DNA from: an uncultured Deinococcaceae bacterium
GTDB taxonomy: Bacteria > Deinococcota > Deinococci > Deinococcales > Deinococcaceae
Reading direction: 5' to 3'
DNA length: 64,000 bases
NCBI GenBank assembly: GCA_963760145.1
Contig: CAVXBW010000019.1
Span: 68,348 to 132,347, forward strand
Below the pieces are notes generated by a model, which saw only the letters and a program-made list of their open reading frames with translations, was not told the origin of the DNA and did no database searches. Shown piece after piece: positions 1-14,642 of this stretch (position 1 is the stretch's first letter; the number at the start of each line of letters is the position of its first letter). A program made the translations under genes and the position numbers.

Positions 1-114
1 CGGCTGGGCGAGGAAGGCATTCAGGTGCTGCTCGCCGAGGGCGAGGTCGCGCCGCCGATGACCCGCCGCCGCTACCGGCTCAGGCCGCTCTCAAGCGGGG
101 CGGCACCGGATTGA
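1..114 (+). CDS. 3' end of an unidentified CDS (partial)
   Basis: Open frame RLGEEGIQVLLAEGEV...APD* from base 1 to TGA at 112-114 with GC-rich third positions; converges on the next gene. Confidence 0.45.
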   Translation, partial: RLGEEGIQVLLAEGEVAPPMTRRRYRLRPLSSGAAPD

Positions 115-121
115 GGGTTTT

Positions 122-781
122 TCAGTCGCGCAGCAGCAGGCCGCGCCGGGTCCAGGCCTGAAAGTTGAGCAGCCGCACCGTTTGAAAAGCCCGCATCCAA
201 TCGGCCTCGGTGCTGAGCTTCTGGCCGCGCCCGTGGCGGATGGCGAGGTTACGGTGGCCCGAGAGAAAGTCGGCGCTGCTCGCGCCCGGCAGCAGCCGCA
301 CGTCGAGTTCCTCGCTGTTGGCCGGTGAAAACGGCAGCCCCGACGTGCTGCTCATCGAGGCGGCGATGCCGCTGGCCCGGTCGCGGCTGAGCGTCACCGC
401 CTGTATGAACGGCGGCAGCGCCGGGCCGCTGGAGGTTTCGCTCCAGCGCAGCGAAAGCGCCGTGTCGCTGTCGAGCAGGTAAGCGCGTTGATGGCGTGCG
501 CTCGGCAGCTGCGGGGCGTAGAACACCCCCAGCGGCGCCGCGCCGAGCGCTTGCAGTTCGCTGCCGAGCGTTTTGAGGGCGCGGGCCTGCTCCGGTGAAG
601 CGCCCCAGTCGCGTTCGGCCCTGGCTTCAAAGCTCAGCTCCCCGCTGACTTCGGGGCCAGGGTAGGGCCGCCCCGCCAGCCGAGCGCTGCTGACATCCGG
701 CAAGAGGCGCTGGGTCGCCGCATCACCGAGCAGGTGTTGCAGCTCCTCGGCGGTCAGGGAAGCAAGGTTGAGGCGCGGCAC
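122..781 (-). CDS. hypothetical protein
   Basis: ORF 122..844; likely start GTG at 781 (VPRLNLASL...); no recognised family. Confidence 0.6.
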   Translation of the reverse strand: MPRLNLASLTAEELQHLLGDAATQRLLPDVSSARLAGRPYPGPEVSGELSFEARAERDWGASPEQARALKTLGSELQALGAAPLGVFYAPQLPSARHQRAYLLDSDTALSLRWSETSSGPALPPFIQAVTLSRDRASGIAASMSSTSGLPFSPANSEELDVRLLPGASSADFLSGHRNLAIRHGRGQKLSTEADWMRAFQTVRLLNFQAWTRRGLLLRD

Positions 782-829
782 GGTCTGGGGTGAGTGTAGC
801 ACCCGCCCAAGCGTTCGGCAGCGGGCGTG

Positions 830-858
830 TTGACAGAACGCCAAAGCGCTGGTAACCT
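830..858 (+). promoter_or_regulatory. sigmaA promoter for tRNA-Ala
   Basis: TTGACA(830-835)-17 bp-TAACCT(853-858) with extended -10 TG. Confidence 0.75.
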
Positions 859-897
859 ATCTGAGCCTGAAACGGGGTACCGAGGTCAGGAGAACGT

Positions 898-972
<75 letters not shown>

Positions 973-973
<1 letters not shown>

Positions 974-1020
974 AAACAAAGGAAGGCCCGAAGATATATC
1001 TTCGGGCCTTCCTTTGTTTT
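973..1020. terminator. bidirectional intrinsic terminator (perfect 48-bp palindrome)
   Basis: AAAACAAAGGAAGGCCCGAAGATA|TATCTTCGGGCCTTCCTTTGTTTT between the tRNA and a convergent CDS. Confidence 0.85.
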
Positions 1021-1034
1021 ATTCTGTTTTATTT

Positions 1035-1331
1035 TTATCCGTGCTGGTCGGCCTCGTCGCTGAGGCGGTCAAGTAGCGCCTCGGCTTCACGGTGCTGCAC
1101 TTCCGGAACGTAGAGGCCCACGTCTCCCATATAGCCGCCGGTTTCGATTTCAATCACCGGCGAGGCCATCACCCACTGAAACGGCGTGCGCACCACGCTG
1201 ACGACGCCGTGGGCACTCAGCGTCCGGCGCACGCTCTCGGCGATCAAGCGCGGCAGGGTGTCCAGACGCACCCATACGTCACCCTGGTACATCACCCGGT
1301 CGCCGCCGCGCTGAAGGTCGCCGCCGGTCAC
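1035..1331 (-). CDS. small hypothetical protein (DUF2007-like putative signal-transducing domain)
   Basis: 98-aa ORF ending in VGLYVPEVQHREAEALL, typical of DUF2007-like folds; overlaps the upstream gene stop (GTGA). Confidence 0.55.
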   Translation of the reverse strand: MTGGDLQRGGDRVMYQGDVWVRLDTLPRLIAESVRRTLSAHGVVSVVRTPFQWVMASPVIEIETGGYMGDVGLYVPEVQHREAEALLDRLSDEADQHG

Positions 1332-1761
1332 GGTGCCGCGCCCACTTCCTGGCCCACCAGATAGGTGGAGAGTGCGGCGCGGGTGTCGGCACTCAGCGGA
1401 CGCGGGCGCATGTCCGGCCCCACCTGCACCTGCACGCTGCGGGCTTCCAGGGCCACCTCACCGTCGGCAAAGATGCGCGAGGCGTAGGCCCAGCTGCTGC
1501 TGCCCAGCCGCGTCACCACGGTGGCAACCTGCACCGTCTGGCCGAGTTTGACTTCGCGCCGGTAATCGAGTTCCAAGCGGGCCAGCACCACCTTCAGGTG
1601 GCTCAGCCCCACCGAGGCGGTCAGGGCCAGCCGCGCCGATTCCAAAAACACCGCGTAGGCGGCGTTGTTGATGTGGCCCATCTGATCGGTGTCGGAAAAG
1701 CGCAGTTGAATCTGCTGTAATGCGCGCCGGAGAAGTCGGCGGCGGCCGGAGGTGAAGTCAT
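1328..1761 (-). CDS. acyl-CoA thioesterase (4HBT/YbgC hot-dog family); one apparent indel near 1720
   Basis: IQLRFSDTDQMGHINNAAY motif; ATG at 1761 with TAAACT just upstream. Confidence 0.85.
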
Positions 1762-1842
1762 GCCGGGTAGTTTAGTGCAGCTGGCCCGGTGGCCGGCCGG
1801 CCGGCTGCACTTTCGGCTCCGGCAGCGCTACACTACTTGCCG

Positions 1843-2196
1843 ATGAAGTTCCGTTTGCCGCACTGGGAGCAAGTGCGCCGTTTGCCGCTCACCATGATGA
1901 TCGCCAGTTTGCTCTCGGCGCTGGGCATCGTGCAGATGAGCTTTCTGCTGGGTCAGGGCGTGTACCGCTACGTCACCTGGACGCAGCAGACGACCTCGGC
2001 CCTGGCGCAGGAAGCGCAACTCAAGCAAGACGTGGGCATCTTGCAAGACGCCAAAGACAAGGCCACCGGCGACCCCGACTATATGAACGCCCTGGCACGC
2101 TGTATCGGCTATGTCGGCAAGGGCGAGCGCGTGGTGGTGGCCCAGAGCGCCGAGAACAGCCCCTCAGGCAACTGCGATCCGGTGCGCTTGCCCTGA
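1843..2196 (+). CDS. FtsB/DivIC-like septum formation initiator protein
   Basis: Single TM helix, coiled coil and ARCIGYVGKGE motif resembling FtsB ARxxLGxxxxGE. Confidence 0.6.
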   Translation: MKFRLPHWEQVRRLPLTMMIASLLSALGIVQMSFLLGQGVYRYVTWTQQTTSALAQEAQLKQDVGILQDAKDKATGDPDYMNALARCIGYVGKGERVVVAQSAENSPSGNCDPVRLP

Positions 2197-2292
2197 GATT
2201 CAGGCTGGCGCTCTTGCCCAAAAATGCAGCGGCCTCAGCGCGTTCGCTGAGGCCGGTAGAGAAGAGGAAGGAGGAGAGAGAGCAGCTCCGGC

Positions 2293-3200
2293 TCAGCTTT
2301 GCCTGAGCGAGCGCAACTGCTCGTAGAGCTGCTTTTCCGGCTCGCTGAGCTGCGCCGGCAACACCAGATTGAGCTTGACGTAAAGGTCGCCCGCTCCCGA
2401 CTTGCCGGGCCAGCCCTGACCCTTCAGCCGCATGCGGCGCCCACCGCTGGTGCCCTGGGGGATGTTCAGGTTCACGTCGCCTTTCATGGTCGGCACCCGG
2501 ACGTGGCCGCCGAGGGCGGCCATGTCCACCGGAACGTCCACGCTGGTGGTCAAGTCGTTGCCCTCCAGGTCGAACTTGCCGTCTTCCAGCACCCGGATGG
2601 TCAGCAGCACGTCGCCGCCGCCGGGACCCTGGCCGGCCAGCCGCAGCCGGGCGCCGTCACGGGTTCCGGCAGGAATACGCACGGTCAGGCGCTTGCCTTC
2701 CACCTGAATGTTTTCTTCCGAGCCGCCGAAGGCTTCTTGCAAGGTGACTTGCAGTTCGCCCTCCACGTTCTGCACGAATCGCCGCCCGCCGCCCATGCCC
2801 GACATCAGGTCGTCGAGGTTGACCTGAGCGCCGCCCGCGCCCCGGAAGCCGCCGCGCCCCTGCTGCCCGAACAGTCCCTGAAAGAAATCGCTGAACTGCG
2901 ACGCGTCCACGCCGCCGAAATCCGCGCCGGAAAATCCGCCGGGCCGGCGCCCGCGCCGCTCCAGGCGCCCGGCGGCACCTGTCCGGCGTGGCCGTACTGG
3001 TCGTAGAGCTTGCGCTTCTCGGCGTCGGAGAGCACCGCGTACGCTTCACCGATTTCCTTGAAGCGGCCGGCGGCCTTGTCGTCGCCGGAATTCTTGTCGG
3101 GGTGGTACTGCTTGGCGAGCTTGCGGTAAGCACTCTTGATGTCACCCTCGGAAGCGCTGCGCGTGACGCCGAGGACGTCGTAATAGTCTTTGTAAGCCAT
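2293..3200 (-). CDS. dnaJ: DnaJ/CbpA-type co-chaperone (J domain plus C-terminal domain, no zinc finger); indel near 2930
   Basis: KDYYDVLGV...YHPDKN J domain (ORF 2805..3200) joins the DnaJ_C ORF 2293..2910; downstream of dnaK-grpE. Confidence 0.9.
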
Positions 3201-3268
3201 GTGTTGCTCCTTGGAGTTGCCGAACGTCGCTAAAGGATCAGGATCAGAGGATCAGCTGTGCGGGCCGC

Positions 3269-3913
3269 TCAGCTGTTTTTGTTGACGGCCACCCGCGCCG
3301 GGCGCACCAACTTGTCGCCCATCTTGAAGCCCAGCTGATACACCTGCGCGATGGTGCCGTCTTCCTCATCGCCGGGAATAACCTGCAAGGCTTCGTGCCA
3401 CTGCGGATCGAAGTGCTCGCCGGCCTTGCCGGTGGCTTCCAGGCCCAGCTGAGCAAAGACCCGCAGCACAGTGGCCTGCACCGATTGCATGCCGGGAATC
3501 AGCTTGGCCGGATCGCCGCTGCCCATCGTCACGGCGCGGTCGAGATCGTCGTAGACCGGCATCAGCGCTTCGGCGGCCCTGGCCTTGCCCCGGTCCTCGG
3601 CGCCGGCGGCGTCTTCCTGGGTGCGGCGGCGGTAGCTCTCGAAGTCGGCGGCGAGGCGGCCCAGCCGGCCTCTCAGGTCAGCGTTCTCCTTTTCCAGTTC
3701 GTCGGCCCGCTCCATCTTGGACATCATTTCCTGCACCTGGGCGAACATGTTCTCGTCCATGTCGGGAAATCCGGCCTCGCCGCCGTCTTCGCCGAGCAGT
3801 TCGGCGTCGATGTCCTGCTCCGGCATCTTCTCGACCGTCTGCTGGTTCTCAGCGGTTTCCGGTTCGAACTTCGGGTTTTCGGCGTTCATGTCGTTGGTCT
3901 TGTCATTGGTCAT
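3269..3913 (-). CDS. grpE: nucleotide exchange factor GrpE
   Basis: RLAADFESYRRR, FDPQWHEAL and LVRPARVAV motifs. Confidence 0.96.
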   Translation of the reverse strand: MTNDKTNDMNAENPKFEPETAENQQTVEKMPEQDIDAELLGEDGGEAGFPDMDENMFAQVQEMMSKMERADELEKENADLRGRLGRLAADFESYRRRTQEDAAGAEDRGKARAAEALMPVYDDLDRAVTMGSGDPAKLIPGMQSVQATVLRVFAQLGLEATGKAGEHFDPQWHEALQVIPGDEEDGTIAQVYQLGFKMGDKLVRPARVAVNKNS

Positions 3914-3945
3914 GGTGTGGCTCCAGTGAAGGTGAGGCAAAAAAC

Positions 3946-4014
3946 TGCGTAAGAGTGCTGAGGCCCTGAGTACCGGCTCCGGGCCCGCTTCTCAGTCCTC
4001 AGCATTCTTACGCA
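3946..4014 (-). terminator. long stem-loop with U-tract between dnaK and grpE
   Basis: TGCGTAAGAGTGCTGAGG...CCTCAGCATTCTTACGCA followed by a T-run on the minus strand. Confidence 0.6.
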
Positions 4015-4031
4015 ACGGCTCAAGGAAGCGT

Positions 4032-5931
<1,900 letters not shown>

Positions 5932-5990
5932 GTAGACCTCACTATGGGGAATTCTGTTCGCATGACTAGGAACAGTTCTGAACGCCTCCC

Positions 5991-6019
5991 ATCATAAGGC
6001 CACAGTTAGGAGCAGTCAA
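5991..6019 (-). promoter_or_regulatory. sigmaA promoter of dnaK operon
   Basis: Minus strand TTGACT(6019-6014)-17 bp-TATGAT(5996-5991). Confidence 0.8.
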
Positions 6020-6023
6020 GAGA

Positions 6024-6045
6024 CTTGAGTGCCCTAGCGCTCAAG
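6024..6045. promoter_or_regulatory. HAIR-like HspR operator
   Basis: CTTGAGT-N8-GCTCAAG versus HAIR consensus CTTGAGT-N7-ACTCAAG; abuts the dnaK -35 and lies between divergent dnaK and ftsH. Confidence 0.8.
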
Positions 6046-6156
6046 TTGTTCGGATCGTCAAGAAAAGGTGAAGGCTCAGCCGCAGCGGACGGTCACCACG
6101 GCGCGGGCGGGCCATCTGTTACAGTCGAGCCCGTTAACGGCGTAGACTCTGCACAT

Positions 6157-8069
<1,913 letters not shown>

Positions 8070-8120
8070 CCTCAAGACCGGGCCTTTTTTCATGCTCCGG
8101 ATTTCGTTACCCTGGGCCGC

Positions 8121-8718
8121 ATGTTTACTTTTCCTGAGGCGGCCACCCTTGCTGCGGCGCAGGTGGGCCTGGAGACCCAGCTGCTGGCCCGCTTCGCCGC
8201 CGCTTGCCCGCGGCCTTCGTGCTGGAGGCGGCCTTCGAGGAGGGCTTTTACCGCCGCGCCAATTTGCCGGAACAGCTCGGCAAACTGCTGGCTCCCATCA
8301 ACCCCAGACGCATCGACGAGGACCTGCTCGAAGTGCTGTGTGGCCGGGCCGCCGCACTGGTCCGCACCTCGGCGCTGATGGACGACAGCGTGCAGCTGCT
8401 GCTGCGGGCCGTGAACAACGCCGGGCCTGATCGCCGGCGAGTTTCACCTGCGCCGACCTGCCGAGCGCCGCAGCGAGGGCGGCGTGGCCCGCAGGCCCGG
8501 CAACGAGGTGCTGTTTGCCCTCAAGCGGCTGTGGGCCAGCGACTGGGAGTTTGAAGCGGTGCTGGCCCGGCTCGATGCGGCACGGCAGCATCGCCCTGGA
8601 AGCGCGGCCGGTGCTGATCTTCGCCGGCCCGCCCGGTCAGCCGGACCCGGCGCTGGCCGAGCAGCTGGGCGCGTTCGAAGCGTGGCGCAGCCCGGCGGGC
8701 CTGGTCGGCCTGGCGTGA
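8121..8718 (+). CDS. hypothetical protein (frameshifted)
   Basis: Coding-like fragments 8121.., 8204.. and 8515..8718 join into one ~200-aa protein. Confidence 0.5.
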
Positions 8719-9895
8719 GGGCGCGGCCCGGCTGGTCCGCCCTGGCCGCTTCGCCCTCATCGGAGCGCTGCTGTTTCTCAACGTCTACGCGCCGCAGAGC
8801 CTGCTGCCGGTGCTGGCGCGCGACTTCGGCGTCAGCGCCGCCCAGGTCGGCACGGTGGTCGGCAGCACCACCCTGGCGATGGCCCTCTTTGCGCCGCTGC
8901 TCGGGTCTGATTGCCGACGCGCTGGGCCGCCGCCGGGTGGTGCTGGGGGCCTTTGCGCTGCTGGTGCTTGCCGAGCGTGCTGGCGCACCCAGGCCCACTC
9001 GCTCGGCGCGCTCAACCTGGCCCGCTTTGCCCAGGGCCTTTTGATTCCGCTGGTGATGGTGGCGGTCAGCGCTTACCTGGCCGAGGAAGCGCCGCCCGAG
9101 CGCTTTGCGCGGCTGCTCACCGCCTACGTCACCGGCACCATCGTGGGCGGCTTTGCCGGGCGGCTGCTCAGCGGAGTGGCCGAATACGCCGGCAACTGGC
9201 ACCTGGCTTTCGGGCTGCTGGGCCTCGACCAACCTGCTGGGCCTGGGCGCGGTGGCCTGGCGGGGCATGCCGAGAGAGCAGCACTTCACGCCGCAGCGCC
9301 GGCTGCCGGAAGCCGCCCGCACGCTCGCCGCCCACCTGCACAACCCGGTGCTGCGGCTGACCTGCGCGGTGGGCTTTTTGATTTTGTTCGTGCTGGTGTC
9401 GGTCTTCAACACCGTCACCTTGCGGCTGGCCGCGCCGCCGTACTCGCTGGGCAGCGGCCGCATCGGCTTGATTTTCGCGGTGTACCTGCTCGGCGCGGTC
9501 ATCACGCCGGTCACGGCCCCGGCACTGGCGCGGCGCGGTGCCCGCTGGGCGCTGGGAGCCGCCGTGCTGACCAGCCTTGCCGGGCTGGCCCTGACCCTGG
9601 CCCTGCCCCTGCCGCTGGTGATCGCTGGGGCTGGCGGTGGCGGCCTGCGGGGTCTTTCTGGCCCAGGCGGCGGCCCTCAGCGCCGTGCAGCAGAGCGTCA
9701 CCAGCGGGCGCAGCCTCGCCAACGGCCTGTATAACTTTGCCTATTACGGCGGCGCGTCGGTGGCCAGCGTGCTGGCCGGGCTGGCCTACGACTGGCGCGG
9801 CTGGAACGCGGTGGCGGCGTTGTGTGCGGCGGCGATGCTCGGCGCGGGTATGGTGGGAAAAAGGGCCTGGGCGGGGGCTGGGAGCAAGGAGCTAG
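8715..9895 (+). CDS. MFS transporter (YnfM-like); several indels
   Basis: [38 protein letters not shown]; multiple TM segments. Confidence 0.85.
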
Positions 9896-10647
9896 ATCGT
9901 CGGCATCACGTTGCCGCCCGACACCGAGATGTACTGCCCGGAAATAAAGTTCGCCAGATCGGACGCCAGATAAGCCACCAGATTGGCAATGTCCTGGTCA
10001 GTGCCCCGGCGGCGCAGCGGCACACCGGCCCGGTAAGCGTCGGCCGCTGCGCTGTCGGGGTGGTCGTGGCTGATCATCCAGCCGGGCGCCACCTGATTGA
10101 CGGTGATCTGGTGCTCGCCGACTTCGCGGGCCAACACCCGCAGCACGCCGTCCATGCCGCGCTTGCCCGCCACGTAGGCGCTCTGGGTGGGCGCGTTTTG
10201 CATGGCGCACTCGGTGTTGATCCCGATAACGCGCCCCCAGCGGCGCTCGATCATGGCCGGCACGAACGTCTGGGCCATCAGGACGTTGTGCAGCACGGTC
10301 GAGCGAAACTGCCCCTCGTAATCCGAGAGCGGCTGGGCGAGCACCGTGGTCCAGTCGTACTGAATCACCGCATTGTTGACCAGGATGTCCGGCGAGCCGA
10401 GTTCGGCGGCCACCTCGCCGCGCATCCGCTCGGCGTCGGCGGCCTGGGTGACGTCGGCCTGCACCTTCATGGCCCGCACGCCGAGGTGCCGCGCCGCTTC
10501 CACGACCTTCTCGGCACTGGCTTCGTCGCGGTGATAGTGCACCGCGATGTCTGCGCCGCAGCCGGCCAGCGTGCGGCACATCACCCGGCCGAGTTGCCCC
10601 GAGCCGCCGGTGACGAGAGCGAGGCGGCCTTGTAAGTCAATCTGCAT
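9892..10647 (-). CDS. SDR family oxidoreductase (FabG-like)
   Basis: [19 protein letters not shown] catalytic YxxxK; AGGAGG RBS. Confidence 0.92.
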   Translation of the reverse strand: MQIDLQGRLALVTGGSGQLGRVMCRTLAGCGADIAVHYHRDEASAEKVVEAARHLGVRAMKVQADVTQAADAERMRGEVAAELGSPDILVNNAVIQYDWTTVLAQPLSDYEGQFRSTVLHNVLMAQTFVPAMIERRWGRVIGINTECAMQNAPTQSAYVAGKRGMDGVLRVLAREVGEHQITVNQVAPGWMISHDHPDSAAADAYRAGVPLRRRGTDQDIANLVAYLASDLANFISGQYISVSGGNVMPTI

Positions 10648-10759
10648 GGTGGTGTCCTCCTGAAGCGTAGGTGCTCGCGGCCCCACCCACTTGGCTGCCG
10701 CGCTCCCGCGGTCACCGGCAAAGCGCTCCCGGCAGGAGCGCTTGCGTGGGCTGGGTAGG

Positions 10760-12160
10760 TCAGCGGTTGACGATGTGAATGGCCTGCTTGTGCACCGCTT
10801 CCGCCGCTTCCAGAATGCTCTCGCCGAGCGTCGGGTGGGCGTGGATCGTCAGCGCGATGTCGCTGGCGGTGGCGGCCATCTCCAGGCCCAAGCTGGCCTC
10901 GCCGAGCATGTCCGAGGCGTGCGGCCCCACGATGTGCACGCCCAGCACCAGATCGCTGCCTTCTTCGGTGATCATCTTGACGAAGCCCTCGGTGGATTGC
11001 AGGGTCATGGCGCGGCCCGAAGCGGCAAACGGAAACTGCCCGGTTTTGATCTTGTAGCCCTTGGCCCTGGCTTCTTCCTCGGTCAGGCCCACCCAGGCAA
11101 GTTCGGGCGAGGTGTACACCACGCCGGGAATCGCCACCGGGTCCATCTCGGCGGGCTCGCCCGCAATGACCTCGGCGGCCACCAGGCCTTCTTTCATGGC
11201 CTTGTGCGCCAGCATCGGGTTGCCCGCCACGTCGCCGATGGCGTAGATGTGCGCCACGTTGGTCTGCATCTTGCTGTTCACGGTCATAAAGCCGCGCTCG
11301 GTGGCGATGCCCAGGCCTTCGAGGTTCAGCCCGGCGCTGCGCGGGCGGCGGCCCACCGCGACCAGCACCCGGTCGTAGGTTTCGCTGCGCTTCTCGCCGG
11401 TCTTCACGTCTTCCAGTTCCACGTTCAGCGTGCCGTCGGGCTGCTTCTCGGCTTTGTTGGCCTTGGTCTGGGTCTGCACCTCGATGCCCTGCTTTTCCAT
11501 CGCCTTGCGGAAGGCCGCCACCGCGCCCGCGTCGGCCCCCGGAATCACGTTCGGCAAAAACTCGATGATTTTGACCTTGCTGCCCATGTTGTTGTAGATG
11601 TGGGCGAACTCGAAGCCGATGACGCCGCCGCCGACGCACAGCATCCGCGCCGGAACCGGGTCGGGAATGACCAGCGCCCCGGTGGAGTCCACGATGCTGC
11701 TGGTCCACATCCAGCCCCGGCAGCTTGGCCGGTTCGGAGCCGGTGGCGATGATGAAGTTGGCGGCGGTGTAGGTCTTGTCGCCCACCTTGATGCTGTGGG
11801 CGTCCACGAACATGGCCTCGCCGATCAGGTGCGTGACTTTATTGGCTTTAAACAGCCCGCCCACGCCGCCGGTCAGCTTGGTGACGATGCCGTCTTTCCA
11901 TTTGTTGAGCTTGCCGATGTCGAGTCTGGTGTCGGAGAAGGTCAGACCGAACTCGGCGGCGTGCTTGCTGGCGGCCAGCTCGTCTCCGGCGTGCAGCAGC
12001 GCCTTGGTGGGAATGCAGCCGACGTTGAGGCACACCCCGCCGAGGTATTCCTTCTCCACGCAGGCCACCTTGAGGCCGAGCTGCCCGGCGCGGATGGCGG
12101 CGTGGTAGCCGCCAGGGCCGGCGCCGATTACCAGGACATCAAAATCCATTTGTTGGTCAT
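10760..12160 (-). CDS. lpdA: dihydrolipoamide dehydrogenase; indels near 11700 and the start
   Basis: [28 protein letters not shown] motifs. Confidence 0.96.
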
Positions 12161-12354
12161 GCCCAGTTTAGCGCGGCGGGCGGGGAGAGAGTGACGCATT
12201 TGAGAAGTCAGTGGCGATGGATTGACAAGTCGGTGAAGTGAATGATGGGTCTGTGCGATTTCCGAAGGACGCGGCGGCCAGCAGGACCACAAAAACGAGC
12301 GGGCCGATGCCCTCGGATGTTTCGCCCCTCTGCCCCGCTCGGTGGGAGTGCGGC

Positions 12355-13579
<1,225 letters not shown>

Positions 13580-13929
13580 GGAAAACCTCCAACCGAGGAA
13601 TACATCAGGAATCAAGCAGGTGCTGAAGGAACAGTGCCGGCCATGCTCGCCGCTCACCAGAGCCCTCAGCATGGCGCAGTTCTCAGCGGGCGTTTGTGAC
13701 AGCAGCTCGGCTTCTGGGTGTGGGCATACAGTTCCGGCTCCGCTCATCGCCCGGGCAGCAGGGCAAGCAAAACCCAAGCTGAAACCTGCAGCCGGTAACC
13801 CTTCCCATCTGCGTAGCGATTTGGTTTTTTGCTGTCCGGCAAATGAAAAATTCTTTGACGGCCTTTTTTGTGACCATTTGCCGGAACCAGCCCAACAGCA
13901 TTCTGCGTCACTGGACACACCAAAAAAAG

Positions 13930-13945
13930 TGTGATTTTTTTCGCA
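13930..13945. promoter_or_regulatory. CRP/DdrI-type binding site candidate upstream of the DUF11 operon
   Basis: TGTGA-TTTTTT-TCGCA, one mismatch to TGTGA-N6-TCACA. Confidence 0.5.
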
Positions 13946-14070
13946 CATGTTTCTCAGAACTGTAAGTCATAGGTAAGGACGGTTTACCTAGCCTTTATCC
14001 AGTCGTCAGATCTGACAGAAACGTCATGTTTCACCAGGTTGTCAAGCTGTGGCCCTTTAAGGAGAACTTC

Positions 14071-14568
14071 ATGAAAACGTCTTCCCGCTTCCTTCTGATG
14101 GCCCTGTTGACGGGCACAGCGCTGGCTCAAGGCGATTCGCCGTTGAAGCTCACGCTGTCGCAGGCACTGGTGCAGACCCTGACCGAGAACGGCAAAAGTG
14201 TCGAGAAGCTTTTGCCGGAACCCAGATCCGTACTGCCGGGCGGTGTGCTGGAGCAGGCCGTGAGCGCGACCAACACCCTGGACCGGGCCCTCGGCAACGT
14301 GATCGTGAACCTGCCGGTGCCGGCCGGCACCACCTACCTCAGCGCCGTCGCCGCCAATGGCGAAGTCAAGACCCTCTACAGCGCCGACAAGGGCAAGACC
14401 TTTGCCGCTGCGCCCCTGATGAAAATGGTCAGCGTCACCGAAAACGGCAAAGCCGTTCAGAAAGAAGTGGAGGTCAAACCTGCCGAGTACACCAACGTCC
14501 GCTGGGTCGTCGCTCAGCTTGCGGCCCAGAACACGCTCAAGCTCGGCTTCCGGGTCAAGGTGAACTGA
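14071..14568 (+). CDS. secreted single truncated DUF11-like domain protein (putative chaperone/cap)
   Basis: AAGGAG RBS; signal peptide ending ALA; PGGVLEQ...N...PVPAGTTY...VRW...LKLGFRVKVN*. Confidence 0.85.
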   Translation: MKTSSRFLLMALLTGTALAQGDSPLKLTLSQALVQTLTENGKSVEKLLPEPRSVLPGGVLEQAVSATNTLDRALGNVIVNLPVPAGTTYLSAVAANGEVKTLYSADKGKTFAAAPLMKMVSVTENGKAVQKEVEVKPAEYTNVRWVVAQLAAQNTLKLGFRVKVN

Positions 14569-14642
14569 ATTGAGCTGAGTTTTCCTTGCCCTGCCCTCCA
14601 CATTATCTTCCGCGCCGATTCCGTTTTCTGAAGGAGAACACC

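Noticed and set aside
5950..5982. RDRM (DdrO) radiation-response motif upstream of dnaK
   Set aside because: The TTCTGTT...AACAG halves are spaced too far apart for the 17-bp palindrome
13600..14070. c-di-GMP riboswitch upstream of the adhesin operon
   Set aside because: Could not find the class I (GGCAAA...GAAA...GACGCAAA) or class II (GGGCAC...GTGCAACC) cores by eye; an Infernal search would be needed
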